Assembly: GCA_002478265.1 (NCBI GenBank)
Contig: DLNC01000012.1
Location: 114,074 to 178,073, forward strand
Reading direction: 5' to 3'
Source of the DNA: Syntrophaceae bacterium UBA7520
GTDB taxonomy: Bacteria; Desulfobacterota; Syntrophia; Syntrophales; Smithellaceae
DNA: 64,000 nt
Made by a program: the position numbers and the translations under genes. Numbering within the stretch: the stretch's first letter is position 1; each line of letters begins with the position of its first letter. Positions 1 through 9,232 of the stretch are shown piece after piece. The notes beneath the pieces are model-generated. The model had not been told where the DNA came from. It worked only from the letters and a program-made list of their open reading frames with translations, and made no database searches.

Positions 1-159
1 CGGAAAATGGCCGGGGTAAAAGAATTCATCTTCCTTAAACCGGTAAGCTCCGATTATATTTTCCTCATCGAGGCTCATGATTTCATCGATAAAACGAAAC
101 GGCGCCTGCTGCGGCACCATGCTGATAATTTCCTGTTTCAGTCCTTCATCAACCTCCAT
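1..159 (-). CDS. FabZ/FabA-like 3-hydroxyacyl-ACP dehydratase, N-terminal part only (gene runs off the window)
   Basis: My translation of the minus strand from ATG at 159 gives MEVDEGLKQEIISMVPQQAPFRFIDEIMSLDEENIIGAYRFKEDEFFYPGHFP. The PFRFID...GHFP pattern is typical of hot-dog dehydratase N-termini. It overlaps the fabG stop by 11 nt. It is absent from the ORF track because it is under 60 aa in the window. Confidence 0.5.
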   Translation of the reverse strand, partial: MEVDEGLKQEIISMVPQQAPFRFIDEIMSLDEENIIGAYRFKEDEFFYPGHFP

Positions 160-877
160 AGATACCCCCGTTAACATGAATGACCGTTCCGGTAATGTAG
201 CTGGCTCTTGTCGCCAAAAACGCCACTACATCGGCTATTTCTTCCGGCTGGCCTAGCCTGGCCAAAGGAATGTTGGCCATCATTTTTTCCCTCACATGAT
301 CAGGAAGTTCTCTGGTCATGGCCGTGTCGATGAATCCGGGAGCGACGGAATTAACCAAAATGTTTCTCCCCCATAATTCTTTCGCCAACGACTTGGTAAA
401 AGCATCCAGCGCCGCTTTCTCCATCGTGTATGGAATCTGCCCGGGATTGCCCGTATGGCCGACTACGCTGGAAATATTAATAATCCGCCCCGCATTCTGC
501 CGGAGCATGAACTGACGAAGAATTTTTTTCGTCAAATACCACGCGCCGCGCACCAACTCGCGCTGGCGGTCGAATTCCTCGATTTTCATCGCGTTAATAT
601 CGCTGTTTATCGAGATGCCCGCGCTGTTGACCAGAACATCAACACGCCCTGCCGCTTCTTTAATCTCGCTGACCATTTTGTCAATCTGGGCCGGATCACT
701 CAAATCGGCTTCGACCAGAAATCCTTCCTTTATCTCGGCCAGAACCGCTTTTGACGGCTCTTCCATCACGGGTATATAATTAATACCCACCCGGAATCCC
801 TCCGCGGCTAAAGCGCGGCTGCAGGCCGCTCCAATACCCGTGCCACCGCCGGTGACAATTGCCACTGGTTTATCCAT
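149..877 (-). CDS. fabG: 3-oxoacyl-ACP reductase (short-chain dehydrogenase/reductase)
   Basis: 242 aa. TGGGTGIG Rossmann motif, NSAG, and a Y..K catalytic region (PYTMEKAAL). Its start overlaps the KAS III stop by 1 nt (TAATG). Confidence 0.85.
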   Translation of the reverse strand: MDKPVAIVTGGGTGIGAACSRALAAEGFRVGINYIPVMEEPSKAVLAEIKEGFLVEADLSDPAQIDKMVSEIKEAAGRVDVLVNSAGISINSDINAMKIEEFDRQRELVRGAWYLTKKILRQFMLRQNAGRIINISSVVGHTGNPGQIPYTMEKAALDAFTKSLAKELWGRNILVNSVAPGFIDTAMTRELPDHVREKMMANIPLARLGQPEEIADVVAFLATRASYITGTVIHVNGGIYGG

Positions 878-1869
878 TATTTATCCCCCTCCACCTTCAA
901 CATTGTGTGTGTCCAGGAAAGGCCCGCGCCGACAATAACCATCGCGATGCGATCACCGCGGCGCAGCTCATCCCAGTGACGGCTGAGCACGGTAGGCGCG
1001 CTGCAACATCCGGTATTGCCGAACTGATCAACGTTATACCAGTGATGACCGGGGTCTATTCCTGTACGTTCGCTCACGTTTTTCAACATCATTAAATTGG
1101 CCTGATGGCCGATGAAAATAAATCGTCCGGCTTCGGCGGCATATTTTTTTTGCAGCACTTTTAACGATTCCGTCGTCTGACGAATGGCAAATCCCTGCAC
1201 CGCGTTTCCATCCTGATTAAAATACCAATTATAGCCGATGCCTACTTTTTCCCACGCGGAAGGGCGCGAATCGAAAATACAATCCGTAAAAACGGCCCGC
1301 GACGGAATTTTCGTGGAAACTATCGCCGCGGCGCTGCCGTCGCCGAAAAGCACCGCCGTGCTGCGGTTGGTGTAGTCAACGCATTTGGTCAACGTTTCCG
1401 AATCAATAACCAGAATATAATCGGGAAGAGTTTCCGGCTGCATCCGGGAAAGAAAATTAATCTGCATGCCAAATGAAGAGCAGGCCGAATTCATATCCAG
1501 GCAAGGCACTTCAATGCCCAGCTCGGCGGCAATGGCCGACGCCTCTGCGGGCGTCACATTATCCGGCGTGGAAGAGCCGGCAACGACCATGCCGATATCT
1601 TCCAGCTTGAGCGCAGCTCTTTGCAGTGCGAGCTTTGCGGCCCGGGCGGCCATTTGCGCGTTTTTATAGAGTCTCGCCGCAAACGCGGCGCGCGGATCGC
1701 TGTTTTTCGTTGCCTTGATATAATCCAGCGGCAATACCGTGCGTCGGTTTTCAATGCCCACTCTTTCCATAATCCAATCGTTACTGGTGCCGATATCCAA
1801 ATCTTCCAGAAATTTGTTGGAAATAATGTTTTCCGGATTAAAATGTCCCATTCCATGTAAATAGAGCAT
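877..1869 (-). CDS. 3-oxoacyl-ACP synthase III (FabH-like KAS III)
   Basis: 330 aa. Active-site Cys context MNSACSSF, His in IGHQAN, Asn in FGNTGCCSAP. The length and order fit the FabH family. Confidence 0.8.
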   Translation of the reverse strand: MLYLHGMGHFNPENIISNKFLEDLDIGTSNDWIMERVGIENRRTVLPLDYIKATKNSDPRAAFAARLYKNAQMAARAAKLALQRAALKLEDIGMVVAGSSTPDNVTPAEASAIAAELGIEVPCLDMNSACSSFGMQINFLSRMQPETLPDYILVIDSETLTKCVDYTNRSTAVLFGDGSAAAIVSTKIPSRAVFTDCIFDSRPSAWEKVGIGYNWYFNQDGNAVQGFAIRQTTESLKVLQKKYAAEAGRFIFIGHQANLMMLKNVSERTGIDPGHHWYNVDQFGNTGCCSAPTVLSRHWDELRRGDRIAMVIVGAGLSWTHTMLKVEGDK

Positions 1870-1871
1870 GC

Positions 1872-3071
1872 CTACACAATCTCCCGCCCGATTATCATAT
1901 TCTGCACTTCTCTCACGCCTTCATAAATATCAATGATGTGCGCGTCACGCACGAGTTTGGAAATCTCGTATTCGGTGGTAAAACCGTAACCGCCGTGCAA
2001 ATGAAGACCTTCATTGGCGCAGAAGAGAGCCGCTTCTGCGCAAGTGTTTTTGGCCAGCGAGGCGTAAATGCCGGCATCAGGCGCTTTCTCCTCAATTTTC
2101 GCCACGGCTTTGAGCAGGGCCAATTCCGCCAGTTCCACTTTTTTCCACATGGTCGTGAGCAAATCCCTAGCGACGGGAAGATCGCAAAGCCGTTGGCCGA
2201 ACTGCACGCGTTCCTGCGTGTACTGCAAGGTTAAATCCAACGCCCTTTTGGCCAGCCCCAGACCGATCGCCGCCACCATCGGACGCGCGTAATCCAAAAC
2301 ATCAACGATATATTTGAAGCCGAAGCGCCTGTCCCCGATGATTTGTTTCGGGTGAATAACCACATCTTCAAAAGTGATGCTGGCCGTGTTGGAAAGACGC
2401 TGGCCGAGTTTGTCTTCCGGCTTTCCTATAGTTATCTTGCCTCCGGTGGGCAGATTTATTTCTCTGGTGGATTGACCGATATCCGGAAGCTCTTTGGAGG
2501 TAACCTGTTCCACAGGAATCACCACACAGGCCATAAAATTGCTCGTCGGCTTTCCCACTTTGCAGATGACCGTGTATTGCGACGCGTAAGACGCATTGGT
2601 AATAAAACATTTTGCGCCGTTCAAAAGGTAAGTGCCATCGTCGCGCTTAACCATGAAACTGGTCATCATGGAATTGTCCGAACCGGCATTGGGCTCGGTC
2701 AAGCAAAAAGATGCCAGAAGCGGTTTTTCCACAAAAGGTTTCAAAAACAATTCTTTTTGTTCATCAGTTCCGTGCTGGCTGATCACAACATTTGCCAGAT
2801 CGTTGCACATGGCGGACGTGGAAATACCCGTATCACCATAGGAAAGTTCTTTTATAATCAGCGAAGAAGAAACAACGTCAATTTCATAGCCCTTAACAGC
2901 TTCCGGAATGCATAAATTAACAATGCCCATTTCCCAGGCCTTGTTTATTATCTCCCAGGGAAACTTGTGCGATTTTTCCATTTCCAGAATATGCGGCGTT
3001 ATGTCGTTTTTCACCAGTTTGCGGACTGTTTCCAGATAATTAAGCTGATTTTCATTGAGACTAAAATCCAT
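1872..3071 (-). CDS. acyl-CoA (or acyl-ACP) dehydrogenase family flavoprotein
   Basis: 399 aa. ACAD hallmarks are present: LTEPNAGSD, the FITNA motif, and C-terminal YEGVREVQ. Confidence 0.85.
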   Translation of the reverse strand: MDFSLNENQLNYLETVRKLVKNDITPHILEMEKSHKFPWEIINKAWEMGIVNLCIPEAVKGYEIDVVSSSLIIKELSYGDTGISTSAMCNDLANVVISQHGTDEQKELFLKPFVEKPLLASFCLTEPNAGSDNSMMTSFMVKRDDGTYLLNGAKCFITNASYASQYTVICKVGKPTSNFMACVVIPVEQVTSKELPDIGQSTREINLPTGGKITIGKPEDKLGQRLSNTASITFEDVVIHPKQIIGDRRFGFKYIVDVLDYARPMVAAIGLGLAKRALDLTLQYTQERVQFGQRLCDLPVARDLLTTMWKKVELAELALLKAVAKIEEKAPDAGIYASLAKNTCAEAALFCANEGLHLHGGYGFTTEYEISKLVRDAHIIDIYEGVREVQNMIIGREIV

Positions 3072-3167
3072 AAATTAAAACCTTTCCTCTCTTTTTTTAT
3101 AAATTTTGCAAAAAAATACCCTCAGGGGTTTCTTTTTTTCAAAAAAACATCTTCAACAAACGCCATT

Positions 3168-4616
3168 TCAGGCGGCGGCTTTCTTGTCCGGGATATTTTT
3201 ACCTCCCACGCCTGGAGAAGAATCCTTGCCGTATTTGGCCTGCAGAAATTTCTCCATCGTCGCAGGATATAGAATGTACGCTAAAACATCTTCATCAGTG
3301 CGGCCCAGATCGCCTAACTGTTTTCTTGCCGCCTCTATTTCCGGCGCCAAATAATCGGCCGGCCTTCCTTTCAACGGCTCCTCGCCTTTCTTGTAATTTT
3401 TCAGAATTTTTCTGGCCAGTTCCGGATCGATTGGCACAGGGGTTCTTCCGTATAGGCCAAGCACTAAATCTTTGAGCTGATTGGACACGCGCGCGTAACG
3501 GCCGAAGAGCACGTTCAAGACGGCCTGCGCGCCCACAATCTGCGACACCGGCGTGACCAGCGGCGGATAGCCCATGTCTTTTCTTGTCTGCACCACTTCC
3601 TTGTATATATCGTCGAGCCTGTCGAGCGCGTTCATTTCCTTGAGCTGGCCGGTCAGATTGGAAATCATGCCGCCGGGTATCTGATGCGCCAGAACGCCGT
3701 TATCAATAATGGAGAGCTTCTGATTGGCCAGATAACTATTGTATTTCGGGGCGATATTTTCCAGATGCTCGCCCAGCACGAGTAAACGATTTAATTCGAT
3801 AAGCGGCTCCCTTTCTGTTCCCTGCAGGGCCGCGATAATCGGCTCGATAGCGGGCATCGATGTTCTCAGCGCGAAAGGAGCCAGGCATGTGTCCACAACG
3901 TCAACTCCCGCTTCAATCGCCTTGAGATAAGTCATGGAAGCCATGCCGCTGGTGTAATGACAATGCAGATGCAATGGCAATTTGACAGCTTTTTTGATGG
4001 CGGAAACCAGGTCATAAGCGTCATATGGCGAAAGCAGGCCGGCCATGTCCTTTATACAGACCGCGTCCGCGCCCATCGCTTCCAGCTCTTTGGCTTTGTT
4101 CACAAAAAATTCCAGGTTATAAACTTCGCCCCCCAAGCGAACATCCGTCAATGAATAACAAAGCGCGCCCTGAAATTCCTTGCCGTTTTCCTTAATCCGG
4201 CGGGCGCATGCTTCCATGTTGCGGAAATCGTTAAGCGCGTCAAAACAGCGGAAAACATCAATCCCGATTTCGCAGGCCTTATCCACAAAAGCGTTGACCA
4301 CATCATCGGCGTAATGGCGGTAGCCCACCAGGTTCTGGCCTCGGATAAGCATGGCAAAAGGCGTTTTCGTGATGTATTTTTTCAGAATGCGCGGGCGCAT
4401 CCAAGGATCTTCACCCAGGAACCTGTGCATGGTGTCGAATGTCGCGCCGCCCCAGACTTCCATCGCGTGAAAACCGCAATTATCCATTTCTTCCGCGATG
4501 GGCAGCATGTCCTCTGTTTTCATTCTGGTAGCGTATATGGATTGATGGCCGTCACGAAAAGTGTTGTCCTGAATCTTGATCGGATTTTTGGCAACTTTTT
4601 TACTTTTTTCGGTCAT
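3168..4616 (-). CDS. carboxyltransferase 5S-type subunit (oxaloacetate decarboxylase alpha / pyruvate carboxylase B-like) lacking a biotinyl domain
   Basis: IQDNTFRDGHQS and HLHCHYTSG motifs of the HMGL-like carboxyltransferase domain. The protein ends without an AMKM biotinyl domain. I moved the start to ATG 4616 (MTEKSKK), which is preceded by GGAGG. The upstream 36 codons of the track ORF overlap fabD. Confidence 0.8.
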   Translation of the reverse strand: MTEKSKKVAKNPIKIQDNTFRDGHQSIYATRMKTEDMLPIAEEMDNCGFHAMEVWGGATFDTMHRFLGEDPWMRPRILKKYITKTPFAMLIRGQNLVGYRHYADDVVNAFVDKACEIGIDVFRCFDALNDFRNMEACARRIKENGKEFQGALCYSLTDVRLGGEVYNLEFFVNKAKELEAMGADAVCIKDMAGLLSPYDAYDLVSAIKKAVKLPLHLHCHYTSGMASMTYLKAIEAGVDVVDTCLAPFALRTSMPAIEPIIAALQGTEREPLIELNRLLVLGEHLENIAPKYNSYLANQKLSIIDNGVLAHQIPGGMISNLTGQLKEMNALDRLDDIYKEVVQTRKDMGYPPLVTPVSQIVGAQAVLNVLFGRYARVSNQLKDLVLGLYGRTPVPIDPELARKILKNYKKGEEPLKGRPADYLAPEIEAARKQLGDLGRTDEDVLAYILYPATMEKFLQAKYGKDSSPGVGGKNIPDKKAAA

Positions 4617-4659
4617 TGTTCCTCCCCGCAACACGTGTGTTGCGTAATAATCTATGTAA

Positions 4660-5607
4660 TTAATCCCCCGCGGCGAATGTCTTCTGCGCCGCCGCCCAAC
4701 CGGTAATCGATTTGCAATTAACACCTATGGTCTTGAAAAAATCGCGCAGCGGCCGGCCCGGGCCTATTTCATAAATATTTTTGGTTTTATCGGCCAGCGC
4801 GCGCATATTGTCACACCACTTCACTGTATTGCTGAGCTGTTTAACCAGGTTTTCCCTGATCTGCGTCGCGCTAGTGGGATGGAAACCCCCGGAATAATTG
4901 GATGTCACCTGCGGCGCGGTTTCGGTTTTAATGTTTTTGGCTTTGTCTAACAATACCTTGGAAAAATGATCTTCAATCGACTGCATAAAACGACTGTGGA
5001 AAGGAGCGCTGACATTGAGCTGCACAAAACGGAAAGGCTTGCCTCCGGCCAGCGCCTCCGTCAAACGTTTTTCCGCTTCGGGAAGAGCGGAAATCTTGCC
5101 GCTGATTACCACCTGATTGACGGAATTGATATTGGCCACGTCTACCGGCAAATCAAAAATCAGCTGTTTCAGCTTATTGATGTCTATCTCTTCGGAAATA
5201 ACCGCGGCCATGCCGCCCACACCCACCGGCACGGCATCCTGCATTAACTTGCCGCGCGCCTGAACTATCTTTACCGTCTCGCTCAACTGAAAAACGCCCG
5301 CGGCAACCAACGCGCTGAATTCTCCCAGCGAATGTCCGCCGAAATACGACGGCGCAAAACCGAAACGTTCGGCCAATCCTCTGAGCATGGCGATTTCCGT
5401 TGTGACAATACAGGGCTGGGTGTATTCTGTTAGATTCAGCTTGGGATCGTCGCTGAAACACAGAGCGGCCACATCCCAACCCAGCGTGTCCGCCGCTTCT
5501 TCATATGTATGGCGGCTTACCGGAATCTCATCATAAAAATCTTTGCCCATACCGGCTCTCTGTGAGCCCTGTCCGGGAAAAACCACCGCTATTTTATCAG
5601 TATCCAT
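4660..5607 (-). CDS. fabD: malonyl-CoA:ACP transacylase
   Basis: FPGQGSQ and GHSLGEFSA motifs. I prefer the start at ATG 5607 (MDTDKIAVVFPGQGSQ), which is preceded by GAGG plus a 7-nt spacer. The track start at 5625 lies inside a hairpin. Confidence 0.85.
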   Translation of the reverse strand: MDTDKIAVVFPGQGSQRAGMGKDFYDEIPVSRHTYEEAADTLGWDVAALCFSDDPKLNLTEYTQPCIVTTEIAMLRGLAERFGFAPSYFGGHSLGEFSALVAAGVFQLSETVKIVQARGKLMQDAVPVGVGGMAAVISEEIDINKLKQLIFDLPVDVANINSVNQVVISGKISALPEAEKRLTEALAGGKPFRFVQLNVSAPFHSRFMQSIEDHFSKVLLDKAKNIKTETAPQVTSNYSGGFHPTSATQIRENLVKQLSNTVKWCDNMRALADKTKNIYEIGPGRPLRDFFKTIGVNCKSITGWAAAQKTFAAGD

Positions 5608-5691
5608 TTTTAACCTCGTCGTCATTTATTGTTTAATGACGACTTTTATCATAAGTTTAACTAAATACAAACCAAAGATATTTAGCTACTT

Positions 5692-5707
5692 AGCACGTTC
5701 TGTGCCA
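5692..5707 (-). promoter_or_regulatory. candidate sigma-54 (-24/-12) promoter of the fab-like operon
   Basis: The minus strand reads CTA-TGGCAC-AGAAC-GTGCT-AAG. The GG and GC dinucleotides are at canonical spacing, with one mismatch to TGGCAC-N5-TTGCW. It lies about 85-100 nt upstream of the fabD ATG. Confidence 0.55.
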
Positions 5708-5992
5708 TAGCTCTACACCGCACTTGATTAATAACTATCGCATTATCATTGCTCTTTTTTATGCAGTAAATTCTGCCAATTATGTTTTGGTGCGTAGCGC
5801 GCTTCGCGGTGCGAAATATCATTCACCGAACTACATGAATGCGAGAATAACCAAAGATGTTGTTATCATCGTATAAACAAAGAAATTTTATTGTTGTAGA
5901 ATTTGACAAAAAATACTGATAAATAGGCTGCAAACAATCAACCATTATGAATAATTTAGGGAAAAGCAACAAAAGTTTGCGCTGATTATTTT

Positions 5993-7519
5993 ATGGATAC
6001 ATTTACCCTGGCCGCGACCAGTTTTATTATCTGCCTGTCGTTAATCCTCACCGGCAAAAGGGATAAATTGCATATGTCCTTTGCCGGTCTTTGCGCGGCT
6101 GTTTTTATCTGGCAAAGCGCCGTTTTTCTAAGCGAATTTTTCGCCACCACCTTTTGGCCGATCATTGAAAATCTTGCGCTTTTGGCCATCGCGCCGCTGA
6201 CGCTCCGCCTGTTTCGCCATCTGACGCGCAACAAATCATTCATTTCGCAGGGCGTGGTGATTATTTTCTTTATGCTGAGCCTGGCGGGAATTCTCGCGCT
6301 TTTAACCAAGCTTGCTCAATGGCCGCATTTCCCCATACTGATAATTTCTTATGTAATCACCGTATTGATTTTTTGCTATCTATCTCTTTGGAATCACGCA
6401 AAAAGGTTGCCGCCCAGCATGGAAAAAAAACGCCTGGGTTATTTACTCATCGCCTGCCCCATTGCTTTGCTTTTAAGCAGTTTTGATTTTTTGACTTTCC
6501 CGGGTTATTCCTTTCCCTCAATATCCGGCCTGGTGATGGCCGCTCTTCTCTATCTAATGCTGCTGATTGTCGCCTACCCGCAGCTCAATGAACTGCACGA
6601 ATTTTTCGCCCGCGCTCTGGTTATTTTTATCAGCACCATGGCGGGAACGATAATTTTTTATTTTGTCGCTCTTTTTTTCAGCGCCAACACCCCTTCTTTC
6701 ACCAGCGTCATGATGGCCTCTTTTCTGATTGTTATTTCACTCACTCCGCTGAAAATGATTTTAAAAAAGGCGTTCAGCTTTTTTTATCCCGAAAGCAAGG
6801 ATGTTTTCACTTCTCTTTACGAATTCGATGAAAAACTGGAGAGCGAAAAAGCCTTCATGTTGGCGGAGATGGCGCCAGTGCTGGCGCACGAAATACGCAA
6901 TCCGCTGGGCTCGATCAAAGGCGCCGCCCAATATTTGAAATCGGAGGCCGTAACTGATGAACAAAAAAATCTTCTTGATATAATCATTGAAGAAGCAAAC
7001 AGACTCAATGCGGTCGTTCATCAGTTTATGGATTATGCTCGCCCCTATCAATATAAATTCAAGGCGCAGAGCATAAACGTAATCATTCAAAAGGCGATAT
7101 CCATTATCGCGGCAAACAAACTGGCGGAAAATATCAACATTGTCCGCGAACTTAATCATGACCTGCCGGAAGTAGAAACGGACGAACAGCAGTTAATGCA
7201 GGTGATTCTGAACATCGCCCTCAACGCGATCGAAGCGATGCCGCAAGGCGGCACGCTCACCTTCCGCACATTCAATATCGCCACGAGCGCCGAAGGTGGC
7301 ATAGGAGTTACCATCCGCGATACCGGCAGCGGCATTGGACGCGAAGAAATAAAAAATATTTTCAAACCTTTTTATACGACAAAAAAAAGAGGCGTCGGCC
7401 TGGGTCTGGCAATTTGCCAGAAAATCATCAAGGAACATGGCGGCCTGATTCGCGTGAAGTCCATCCCCGGCCAGGGAACCGTTTTCTTTATCAAGCTTCG
7501 CGCCGGATCTTTATTTTAA
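5993..7519 (+). CDS. membrane sensor histidine kinase (multi-TM N-terminus, HisKA + HATPase_c)
   Basis: 508 aa. About 8 hydrophobic helices are followed by the H-box LAHEIRNPLGSI, the N-box NIALNAIEAM, and the G-boxes DTGSGI and GVGLGLA. Confidence 0.85.
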   Translation: MDTFTLAATSFIICLSLILTGKRDKLHMSFAGLCAAVFIWQSAVFLSEFFATTFWPIIENLALLAIAPLTLRLFRHLTRNKSFISQGVVIIFFMLSLAGILALLTKLAQWPHFPILIISYVITVLIFCYLSLWNHAKRLPPSMEKKRLGYLLIACPIALLLSSFDFLTFPGYSFPSISGLVMAALLYLMLLIVAYPQLNELHEFFARALVIFISTMAGTIIFYFVALFFSANTPSFTSVMMASFLIVISLTPLKMILKKAFSFFYPESKDVFTSLYEFDEKLESEKAFMLAEMAPVLAHEIRNPLGSIKGAAQYLKSEAVTDEQKNLLDIIIEEANRLNAVVHQFMDYARPYQYKFKAQSINVIIQKAISIIAANKLAENINIVRELNHDLPEVETDEQQLMQVILNIALNAIEAMPQGGTLTFRTFNIATSAEGGIGVTIRDTGSGIGREEIKNIFKPFYTTKKRGVGLGLAICQKIIKEHGGLIRVKSIPGQGTVFFIKLRAGSLF

Positions 7520-7566
7520 TAACAATCCATCTTGATTTAAATGACAAAGAATAATAGTAACTTATC

Positions 7567-8940
7567 ATGAGCAAGATATTGATCGTTGACGATGAACTAA
7601 ACATGAGACTTGTTCTTTCCGCCCTGCTGAAAAAGGAAGGTTACGAGATTGCCTCCGCCGCGGACGGAAACGAGGCGATGGATGTTTTAAAATCAGACGG
7701 AATTGACGCCGTGATCACCGACCTGAAAATGCCCAACATGGATGGCATGGAACTGCTGCGCCGGATGAACAACAAATACCCCGATGTTCCGGTCATCATG
7801 ATTACAGCGCACGGCACCGTTGCGACCGCCGTGGAAGCACTGAAAAAAGGTGCGCTCGATTATATCACCAAACCGTTTGATCTGGACGAGTTGAAAAACG
7901 TCGTCTCGAAAGCCATTAAAACACGCGCGCTCAAGGAAAATGAAATTCGCGCGCCACAGGAAGATATTGAACGCGCGGGCATCATCGGCGCCAGCAAAAG
8001 CATGGAAAATATTTTTGAAGCCATCAGGCGCGTAGCCCCTACCACGACAACTATTCTGATTATCGGGGAAACAGGCACGGGAAAAGAGCTGGTGGCCGAC
8101 GCTATCCATTATAATTCGCCGCGCAAGAAAAATCCGCTTATTAAAATAAACTGCGCAGCTATCGCCAAAACCCTCATGGAGAGCGAACTTTTCGGCCATG
8201 AAAAAGGGGCATATACCGGTGCCGCCATCACCAAACCGGGAAAGTTCGAACTGGCGCACAAGGGAACCTTATTTCTTGACGAAGTGGGAGAAATTCCCCG
8301 TGATATGCAGGTCAAACTGCTGCGCGTATTGCAGGAACAGGAATTCGAGCGCGTTGGAGGGCTACGAACAATAAAGGTTGATGTGCGCATCATCGCGGCC
8401 ACCAATCAAAACCTCCTCCAACAGGTGAAGACAGGCAATTTCCGCGAGGATCTGTACTACCGTCTTAATGTTTTTCCGATAGAAGTGCCGCCGCTGAGAG
8501 AAAGAAAAGAAGATATTCTGCCGCTCACCGATTATTTTGTGGAAAAATTCAACAAAAAACTGGGAGCTTCCGTAAAGGTTGCCGAGAAAGCCAAAGAGAT
8601 ACTGCTTCGATATGATTGGCCGGGTAACATTCGCGAATTGGAAAACCTCATCGAAAGAATGATGCTTTTATCGAAAAATGGCACTATTACCCTAGATGAA
8701 ATTCCCGAAGAATTAAAAGCCGCGATAAATAAAACAACTCTCATGCCAGCGGATAAAAGCAAAAAGCCATTCAAAGATTACATGCGCGATCATGTCGAGA
8801 ACGTCGAAAAACAAATGATCATTAAAACACTGGAAGATGCGGGCGGCAATGTCACCAAAGCGGCCAAACAACTTGGCTTAAGCCGCAAAGGTCTTCAGCT
8901 TAAAATGATCAAATACAACCTGCGCAAAGAAGCAAAATAA
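7567..8940 (+). CDS. sigma-54-dependent response regulator (NtrC/AtoC family)
   Basis: 457 aa. Receiver domain (DDE...D...K), AAA+ Walker A GETGTGKE, a GAYTGA variant of the GAFTGA sigma-54 contact loop, and a C-terminal Fis-type HTH. Confidence 0.9.
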   Translation: MSKILIVDDELNMRLVLSALLKKEGYEIASAADGNEAMDVLKSDGIDAVITDLKMPNMDGMELLRRMNNKYPDVPVIMITAHGTVATAVEALKKGALDYITKPFDLDELKNVVSKAIKTRALKENEIRAPQEDIERAGIIGASKSMENIFEAIRRVAPTTTTILIIGETGTGKELVADAIHYNSPRKKNPLIKINCAAIAKTLMESELFGHEKGAYTGAAITKPGKFELAHKGTLFLDEVGEIPRDMQVKLLRVLQEQEFERVGGLRTIKVDVRIIAATNQNLLQQVKTGNFREDLYYRLNVFPIEVPPLRERKEDILPLTDYFVEKFNKKLGASVKVAEKAKEILLRYDWPGNIRELENLIERMMLLSKNGTITLDEIPEELKAAINKTTLMPADKSKKPFKDYMRDHVENVEKQMIIKTLEDAGGNVTKAAKQLGLSRKGLQLKMIKYNLRKEAK

Positions 8941-8981
8941 AAAAAGGCGCAATCCCAACCTAATATCAGGAGGATAAAATA

Positions 8982-9212
8982 ATGAACTTTAAAATTGCAT
9001 TGTTCGTCGCACTTGTTATCTTAGCGCTTATCTTTATCTTGCAGAATATTGTCGCTGTTTCCGTCAGCTTTCTTTTCTGGGATATTTACGTGTCACTTGC
9101 GGTGCTTATATTCTTTTGCTTGCTAATTGGTTTCGGAATCGGCTGGTTTCTGAACAGTTATTTTTCATATAAAAGAAACAAGAAAGAAGTGCAAAACATT
9201 ATCAATAAATAA
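8982..9212 (+). CDS. LapA-domain (DUF1049-like) small membrane protein
   Basis: 76 aa with two TM helices. Layout and size resemble LapA-family proteins. GGAGG lies 8 nt upstream of the ATG. Confidence 0.55.
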   Translation: MNFKIALFVALVILALIFILQNIVAVSVSFLFWDIYVSLAVLIFFCLLIGFGIGWFLNSYFSYKRNKKEVQNIINK

Positions 9213-9232
9213 ACACGCGGCCCTAAATAATA

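Noticed and set aside
3111-3140. Intrinsic terminator between the carboxyltransferase and acyl-CoA dehydrogenase genes (A-run, ACCC-TCAG-GGGT, T-run)
   Set aside because: The stem is only 4 bp. It may attenuate weakly, but the support is too thin to call as a feature.
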